From positions 14,226 through 78,225 of the IMG/VR virus record IMGVR_UViG_3300045988_092861: a DNA stretch of 64,000 bases; one strand, given 5' to 3'. Positions within the stretch are counted from its first letter, which is position 1; each line of letters begins with the position of its first letter. Made by a program: the position numbers and the translations under genes. A model generated the notes under the pieces. That model saw only the letters and a program-made list of their open reading frames with translations, was not told where the DNA came from and did not search any database. The DNA comes from a virus. Positions 59,100 to 64,000 of this stretch are shown here, piece by piece.

Positions 59100-59339
59100 A
59101 TGGGATATATGGTAGAAATTACGGAAAACAAGTTCGATGAGCTTGTTGACAACTGCGAGGATATGATTCGTGCAGGTGGTAAGGTTATGAAGTGCTTGGA
59201 TAGTTTGAAGCGCGAGCGTATGGGAAACCGTATGCCGATGCCAGACTATCGTGACAAGTGGGACGATGATGATTGGCGCGACGAAGACCGCTATGGAGAG
59301 CGACGCTACTATGGTCGCCGTGGCGGTGGACGTTACTAA
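59100..59339 (+). CDS. Small protein with D/W/R/Y/G-rich tail
   Basis: 79 aa ending DDDDWRDEDRYGERRYYGRRGGGRY. Confidence 0.45.
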   Translation: MGYMVEITENKFDELVDNCEDMIRAGGKVMKCLDSLKRERMGNRMPMPDYRDKWDDDDWRDEDRYGERRYYGRRGGGRY

Positions 59340-59390
59340 TGTTTAATTCGGTGGTGGGGATTTTCCCTGCCACCCTTAAAAGAAAGAGCT

Positions 59391-59819
59391 ATGGGAAGAT
59401 GTAGAATACCTTTGGATGCTTACGATATGAAGCCAGAAGGAATGATAGCATATCTGAGATATAATGGCTGGCACTTCAACAAAAAGGCTTGTGAGTGGGC
59501 AGTTGCGCAGATGAGAAAATACAACCCAGTCACCAAAAAGGATGAGGAGGTTGAATACATGGATAAGGATAAGGTTGAATCCATCCTTACCAAGCAGGGA
59601 GTGACGCTTGAAAATAATGTAGGCTATGATCATGTCTATGTGGCAAACATGGTTAAGGCTGATTTCTATAAGTCTTCCATCGAGGACGAAGCTCACATGG
59701 CTTTGTTTGTGAAAGACATGGTTGATGATTCCGACCAGAAGGATGGTTTCATCTTCAACCGATTCTATGCCGACTGCAACCATAATGGCATCGGTATTCC
59801 ATGGGATGATATTTTATGA
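59391..59819 (+). CDS. Hypothetical phage-associated protein
   Basis: 142 aa. YLRYNGWHFNKKACEWAVAQM...YVANMVKADFY resembles an uncharacterised family I recall from other phages; I cannot name it. Confidence 0.5.
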   Translation: MGRCRIPLDAYDMKPEGMIAYLRYNGWHFNKKACEWAVAQMRKYNPVTKKDEEVEYMDKDKVESILTKQGVTLENNVGYDHVYVANMVKADFYKSSIEDEAHMALFVKDMVDDSDQKDGFIFNRFYADCNHNGIGIPWDDIL

Positions 59820-60196
59820 TTAGTCAAGAGATATATCTAGAGAAGTACGATTGGAGGATTCTTGTGTTCTACGGTTTGAAAGAAGAAGATACCGATGAGG
59901 TATGCAACTCCCTTGTGCAGATAGGCTGCACAGAAAAGGCGGTCGAAAGCGCAAGGGAGCATTGCTTGCGTGGAATGCCCAATACAGGTCTAACCTACTC
60001 CAACCTTGCCGGAAGAAAGAGCGTGGTTGCTGTCAGTAGGACCACATCGGAATACGAGTTTGTGAATACTGTCACACACGAAATGTTCCACGTTGTCACT
60101 CACATCTGCGAATCACTAGGTGTTGACTTGAAAGACGAAGAGCCTTGCTATATGATGGGATGGCTCTGCCAGGCAGTTAGTAGGATATTCATTTAA
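59816..60196 (+). CDS. Putative zinc metallopeptidase (HExxH)
   Basis: The VTHEMFHVVTH motif. 126 aa. ATGA overlap with the upstream gene. Confidence 0.4.
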   Translation: MISQEIYLEKYDWRILVFYGLKEEDTDEVCNSLVQIGCTEKAVESAREHCLRGMPNTGLTYSNLAGRKSVVAVSRTTSEYEFVNTVTHEMFHVVTHICESLGVDLKDEEPCYMMGWLCQAVSRIFI

Positions 60197-60206
60197 AACT
60201 TAAAAT

Positions 60207-60422
60207 ATGACGGACATTAAATTAATGGTGGATGCTGCAAGGCAGCTAAACCAGACTTGGAAAACGTGTAGTAATGGTTTGGAAATGGATAATGTTCCAA
60301 ACGATGTGTATAATGCTTTGTGCGAAGTGGATGAAGCCGTCACCAATCTGATAGACAAGATTGGTGACGCCACAAAAATTATTACATTAAGCTGTATATA
60401 TAAAAAACTCTTAACTTCTTGA
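60207..60422 (+). CDS. Hypothetical protein
   Basis: 71-aa ORF. Confidence 0.4.
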   Translation: MTDIKLMVDAARQLNQTWKTCSNGLEMDNVPNDVYNALCEVDEAVTNLIDKIGDATKIITLSCIYKKLLTS

Positions 60423-60440
60423 TACTCAGCGAGTTAAATT

Positions 60441-60570
60441 TAGTATTTTTAACTAAAATAAAGTGTGGTATATTTGTATATATCACATTTTTTTTGTACT
60501 TTTGCATATAGTAAGAGTGGTTATTTTGATTAACCACAGCTTATGTTGAACCAATTAAAATTTTATAAAG
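60441..60570 (+). promoter_or_regulatory. Family-1 promoter cassette, copy 5 (diverged)
   Basis: TAGTATTTTTAACTAAAAT. -33 TTTG 60473-60476, a 20-nt spacer, then -7 TACTTTTG 60497-60504. Hairpin GTGGTTA/TAACCAC at 60517-60537. GAACCAATTAAAATT at 60548-60562. Confidence 0.6.
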
Positions 60571-60795
60571 ATGGAAGAAATTAAGATTATCAAAAAGCAT
60601 TATGAAATGGGATTCATTTCATCACATGAATTTCTTTGTGAATATGCAGGTGTTTTAATTAAACTTGGAGCACATGGCGAACTGATTGATGCAATGAATA
60701 TGGTATTAGCTCCTCTTGCAGATTTCATCGTAAAGGACATTTTGAATGCCAAAGATAGCGAGAAGAAACAGATTAAGGACTTTAATTTTAAGTAG
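60571..60795 (+). CDS. Hypothetical protein
   Basis: 74-aa ORF directly after the conserved leader. Confidence 0.45.
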   Translation: MEEIKIIKKHYEMGFISSHEFLCEYAGVLIKLGAHGELIDAMNMVLAPLADFIVKDILNAKDSEKKQIKDFNFK

Positions 60796-60896
60796 ACATG
60801 ACAACACATACTTTTCAAGAAAGTCGAGTATTAAAAGAGAGCAAGCAATATGCTCTCGATGGAGAAATAAGTATGGTATAATCAAGGAGGTCTGAT

Positions 60897-60974
60897 ATGG
60901 GAACTATATTTGTCATAGATACGTTAATATTTATCTTTATCGCAGTATTAGTTGATATAGCAAACAAACATTAA
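60897..60974 (+). CDS. 25-aa hydrophobic peptide (speculative)
   Basis: MGTIFVIDTLIFIFIAVLVDIANKH, preceded by AAGGAGG (60884-60890) at 6-nt spacing. Confidence 0.25.
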   Translation: MGTIFVIDTLIFIFIAVLVDIANKH

Positions 60975-61011
60975 GAGAATAAGCCCTCGACATCACGGTT
61001 AAGTCTTTTAT

Positions 61012-61326
61012 ATGAAAGCAATTAAAGTAGCAGTATTTTTTGATTGGATGAAGAACGTTATGGTTTCGTTTTCCGTTGATGAGCTGCAGGGTACTACATT
61101 CAGAAGTCATTTTGGTGCAGTTGGCCTTGGTGATGCACAGGAGCGAAATGGCTTCTTCCTGGCAGCTTATATAACAGATAATTCTGTAATACAGGATAGC
61201 TTTATGGAGGGAGTAAGAAAATACCTTGATGATGCAGTCGTATATAAGTACGATTCTCCTTATCAAGAGAAGGATGTTCCAGATAAAGAATTAATGTACA
61301 TAATTGAGATTAAAAATGAAGATTAG
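61012..61326 (+). CDS. Hypothetical protein
   Basis: 104-aa ORF. Confidence 0.45.
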   Translation: MKAIKVAVFFDWMKNVMVSFSVDELQGTTFRSHFGAVGLGDAQERNGFFLAAYITDNSVIQDSFMEGVRKYLDDAVVYKYDSPYQEKDVPDKELMYIIEIKNED

Positions 61327-61564
61327 CAGTTTATATGTATTCCGTGATGACTTCGAATATGATAAGAAGAGCGGATTTAAGACTTACGAGGAAGCTAATG
61401 ATTATCGTGAGAAGTGTCAAAGAAGTTGGATCAACCACGCCGATTATGTGTTCCTTATAACAAGGGATATTACCGGACGTATTGTCAAGCAGACAAACTT
61501 AACAAAAGCAACAAAAGAAGAGAGAATTAAGCTTCTTGCAGAAGCTGGCATTCCTTTGAAATAA
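61316..61564 (+). CDS. Hypothetical protein
   Basis: First ATG is at 61316; the track start at 61304 is TTG. Confidence 0.4.
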   Translation: MKISSLYVFRDDFEYDKKSGFKTYEEANDYREKCQRSWINHADYVFLITRDITGRIVKQTNLTKATKEERIKLLAEAGIPLK

Positions 61565-61592
61565 TTTATAACCAATTAAAATATTAAAGATT

Positions 61593-62540
61593 ATGACAAC
61601 AGCAACAATTTTGAGTAAGGCTGCCGAAGATATGGTAGCAGTTCCTTCATCAGTTAATGAAGACAAGTTCTTTGATTTCGAGAAAGCCAAGACTCAGGCT
61701 ATCACACTCGAACAGTTGAGTCGCACACACCGCGAGGATGATGTTTACGGAAATCCACTCCGTGGCATCTATCACTTTGACCTTTTCAATAAGGTCATTG
61801 ATGAGTGTACTGAACTCGGCTATAATGTTGAGGTTTACGATATGTTTGCCGCACAGAACAGAGACCGTCAGTCGCCTGGAGTGGTCCGCCTTCCACAAGT
61901 GGAGGCGGTCAAAGGTCAGCATGCGGTAGAAGCGCATATCCTTCGTCGAGTTTATGCCAATATTCGTATCACAGATTTTGATAATGATGAGACTACAACT
62001 AATGTAGCCGTAGCCTTCCATCAGAAGGGTATTCAGATTGGATTCGGCCCGAATGTGATGATTTGCCACAATCAGTGTATGCTCTCTCCAGAACTGTATA
62101 TGTCAAGCTATTCCGAAAAGGGTAAGAAGGGTTCCGGTATGGGCGTGGCGGCAATGCTTGATACCTTGAAGTCGTGGCTTGTCGATGCCCGGCATATCAT
62201 CGAGACTGATCGTGAGCGTATTGCAAAAATGAAGGAGACACGCATTACTGCAGAACAGATGTTCTTGCTCATTGGCTTGATGACTGCTACAAGAGTAAAA
62301 GCAGATACATCACGAAAGTCTATTCGTGAGAATATCACCTACCCTCTCAATCAGTCACAGATTACACTCTTTACGGAGGATATGCTGGAGGCCTATCATG
62401 ATAAGGAGTTTGTAACTGCCTGGGATATGTATAATTCTGCTACCAACTTGTATAAGGCTAACAGAATGGATATCCCTGCCCTTTTGCCACAGAACAGGGC
62501 AATGGTGAACTTCATGAGAGACAATGGTCTGATTATTTAA
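61593..62540 (+). CDS. DUF932-like protein
   Basis: 315 aa. ...VAVAFHQKGIQIGFGPNVMICHNQCM... resembles the DUF932 core. This family co-occurs with PcfJ/PcfK in Bacteroidales mobile elements. Preceded by an AACCAATTAAAAT leader. Confidence 0.5.
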   Translation: MTTATILSKAAEDMVAVPSSVNEDKFFDFEKAKTQAITLEQLSRTHREDDVYGNPLRGIYHFDLFNKVIDECTELGYNVEVYDMFAAQNRDRQSPGVVRLPQVEAVKGQHAVEAHILRRVYANIRITDFDNDETTTNVAVAFHQKGIQIGFGPNVMICHNQCMLSPELYMSSYSEKGKKGSGMGVAAMLDTLKSWLVDARHIIETDRERIAKMKETRITAEQMFLLIGLMTATRVKADTSRKSIRENITYPLNQSQITLFTEDMLEAYHDKEFVTAWDMYNSATNLYKANRMDIPALLPQNRAMVNFMRDNGLII

Positions 62541-62551
62541 TTGGTTCGAAA

Positions 62552-62584
62552 GGAGCTTCCAAGGGTTAGTCCTTTGGTTGCTCC
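62552..62584. terminator. Bidirectional terminator hairpin between convergent genes
   Basis: GGAGCTTCCAAGGG / CCTTTGGTTGCTCC forms 12 pairs, interrupted by a 2-nt mismatch, with a 5-nt loop. It overlaps the integrase stop codon. Confidence 0.6.
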
Positions 62585-63825
62585 TTATATAGAACGTAAT
62601 CCAATACTTTTCTATTTGCAGCGTCTATATTGGCAACACTCTTGTCAATATAGATAGCTGTTGTCCTGTTTCCATGGGAATGTCCCAATGCTTCGGCAAT
62701 GATTTCTTCGGGTATTCCTATGGAGAAGGCTATTGTTGCCCACGTATGTCTAGCCCAATACAGAGAGATATGAGTAAACAAAGGATTATGCTTCGTATGA
62801 TATTCCTTCTGAAAATCGTGAGCTTTCTTTTTCTCGTTCTTTTCTCTAGTGACAGGCCCTATTGCCTTCAGTCCCTTGTTTGCCTTGCACACAAATTGCT
62901 TGTAGTTCCTCATGTTCTCTGAGAAATTGACTAAATTCGTCTTTCCTCTATACCTATTTATTATCTGTACGGCTTCCGGTTCCAGTCTTATACTATACAA
63001 TCTTCCGGTCTTCTTTCGTCTATACAGCAATCTTCCATCTACTACATTCTCATCTGTACAATTAAGAATATCGGCAGGATTTATCCCGATCAAGAAGAAT
63101 GTAAGCTTGAAATAGTCCAAGTACTTCTGCTGCCATGGCTGAACATTATAATTAAATAAGGTGCGTAGTTCATCTACAGAAAGAGAACGTTTTTCTGTCT
63201 GTTCCGGATTTATATCGAATGTTCTCATCGGATAATGGCTGGTTATCTCATTATCGATAGCATCGTTGAAAACAGCACGTATGTTTCTGAAATGTATGTT
63301 CCTTGAGTTCTTCTTTAACCCTTGTCTTACCAACTCGGCATCCAACCTTTTCAGCCAATCCTTTGAAATATCTTCAAAAGCGTAGGTATCTACCTTGCTA
63401 TCGAAATCGCGCATCTTCTTCAAAGTGGTTGCATATATTTCCCTGGTCCTTTGTGCTGAACGACTATTCATATATTCTATATACCTATTTATAAATAAGT
63501 CTTTCTTCTTAATATCAGGGTCTAGATAGGCCACAACCTTATTCTTTATCTGCGTTGAAGTCTGTTTAGTAAGCTCTCCCTTCATCTGCAGTTCCAATAT
63601 GGCATTTTCAATCTCTACCAATTTGTTCTTGACAAATATTTCCAATCTCTGCTTGTTTGGTGCATCAACTATTCTTTGTTTCTTTACATCCCATTGTTCC
63701 TTTTTCAATTTTACACCAAGAGAAATATAAGCTGCCTGTCGCTTCTTTGTGATTGCAACTTTGAGCGGTGCAGGCTCTCCGTCCTTGACCGCTCTTGTAT
63801 CTAAGTATAGTTTCGTTGTTATCAT
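62566..63825 (-). CDS. int: Tyrosine-type site-specific integrase
   Basis: C-terminal ARHTWATIAF...LGHSHGNRTTAIYI (R, H-x-x-R, H and Y catalytic pattern). Bacteroides-type N-terminal arm-binding region MITTKLYLDTR. Start set at ATG 63825; the track's extension is encoded by the tandem repeats. Confidence 0.85.
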   Translation of the reverse strand: MITTKLYLDTRAVKDGEPAPLKVAITKKRQAAYISLGVKLKKEQWDVKKQRIVDAPNKQRLEIFVKNKLVEIENAILELQMKGELTKQTSTQIKNKVVAYLDPDIKKKDLFINRYIEYMNSRSAQRTREIYATTLKKMRDFDSKVDTYAFEDISKDWLKRLDAELVRQGLKKNSRNIHFRNIRAVFNDAIDNEITSHYPMRTFDINPEQTEKRSLSVDELRTLFNYNVQPWQQKYLDYFKLTFFLIGINPADILNCTDENVVDGRLLYRRKKTGRLYSIRLEPEAVQIINRYRGKTNLVNFSENMRNYKQFVCKANKGLKAIGPVTREKNEKKKAHDFQKEYHTKHNPLFTHISLYWARHTWATIAFSIGIPEEIIAEALGHSHGNRTTAIYIDKSVANIDAANRKVLDYVLYKEQPKD

Positions 63826-63890
63826 TTGCAAGCTATTTGCAAGCAGAATTGTGCAAAAATGTGCAAGAATGTGCAAGAATGTGCAGGATT
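63826..63890. repeat. Phased TGCAAG-type direct repeats (two at 11-bp spacing, then four 10-bp units)
   Basis: TTTGCAAG at 63826 and 63837, then GTGCAAAAAT GTGCAAGAAT GTGCAAGAAT GTGCAGGATT at 63851-63890. Lies between the integrase start and the tRNA. Confidence 0.85.
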
Positions 63891-63947
63891 CTACTTAGTT
63901 GGATAAAATACAATGTTTGGGAAATGCCTAATTTTCAGTGTTTTCTG

Positions 63948-64000
63948 CGGAAAGAGGGGGATTCGAACCCCCGATTCCCTTTAGGGGAATACACGCTTTC
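63948..64000 (-). tRNA. tRNA, 3' portion (class II with long variable arm; possibly Ser), truncated by window edge
   Basis: The minus strand reads ...ATTCCCCTAAAGGGAAT (variable-arm hairpin) C GGGGG-TTCGAAT-CCCCC TCTTTCC G. T arm, 3' acceptor strand and discriminator G are present. The anticodon lies outside the window. Confidence 0.6.

Noticed and set aside
1671-60570. Whether the repeated ~140-bp cassettes could be a CRISPR array or the terminal repeats of a mobile element.
   Set aside because: The copies are kilobases apart and in the same orientation. Each carries a complete -33/-7 promoter facing a gene start, and no cas or transposase genes are present. They were interpreted as promoter/leader cassettes.
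63826-63876. N-terminal extension of the integrase (MHILAHFCTILLANSLQ).
   Set aside because: It is encoded entirely by the phased TGCAAG repeats. The Bacteroides-type integrase N-terminus begins at MITTKLYLDTR (ATG 63825).
1-64000. Retron, DGR, CRISPR-Cas, toxin-antitoxin pairs and transposases.
   Set aside because: I could recognise no reverse transcriptase, cas gene, short regularly spaced repeat array, classic TA pair or transposase motif in any frame.

Overview
This window looks like the right-hand ~64 kb of a temperate siphovirus-like prophage in a Bacteroidales-type host. Three things support that host call: consensus -33 TTTG / -7 TAnnTTTG promoters, a Bacteroides-type tyrosine integrase beside a partial class-II tRNA at the window end, and PcfK/PcfJ/DUF932-like genes. 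All calls come from reading the sequence and ORF translations and comparing them to families from memory; no searches were run.

Gene order:
- PcfK-like (truncated) and PcfJ-like genes.
- A 9-gene modification island at 1868-8144: three SAM-methyltransferase-like genes, a GT-like gene, an IbrB-IbrA-IbrB (ParB/Srx plus PAPS-reductase) triad, and two more ParB-like genes.
- TerS and TerL.
- Small early-type genes, an ATP-dependent DNA ligase, a membrane/lipoprotein moron, and a KilAC-like antirepressor.
- A candidate sRNA.
- An inverted portal / Zn-ribbon / MuF block; the MuF gene carries a C-terminal toxin-like extension.
- About 45 small genes, including a DEDDh exonuclease, two DUF2829/Tad2-like proteins, GNAT, YopX and ASCH.
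- An MTA/SAH nucleosidase plus LuxS pair.
- The head module (scaffold, gpD-like, capsid).
- Connector and tail genes, interrupted by an atypical 109-nt tRNA-like gene.
- A 1620-aa tape measure, then giant tail-tip and fibre proteins in which a CotH-like domain is split over two ORFs.
- A membrane + HTH moron.
- Holin, GH108 endolysin and a u-spanin-like gene.
- A separately regulated 7-gene orphan cassette at 57075-60422.
- A DUF932-like gene, the integrase and the tRNA.

Two repeated promoter/operator families and a recurring GAACCAATTAAAAT leader motif appear to organise transcription.

The most interesting candidates are the modification island, the Pfs/LuxS pair, the orphan cassette, the odd tRNA-like gene, the split CotH and the MuF-toxin/sRNA locus.
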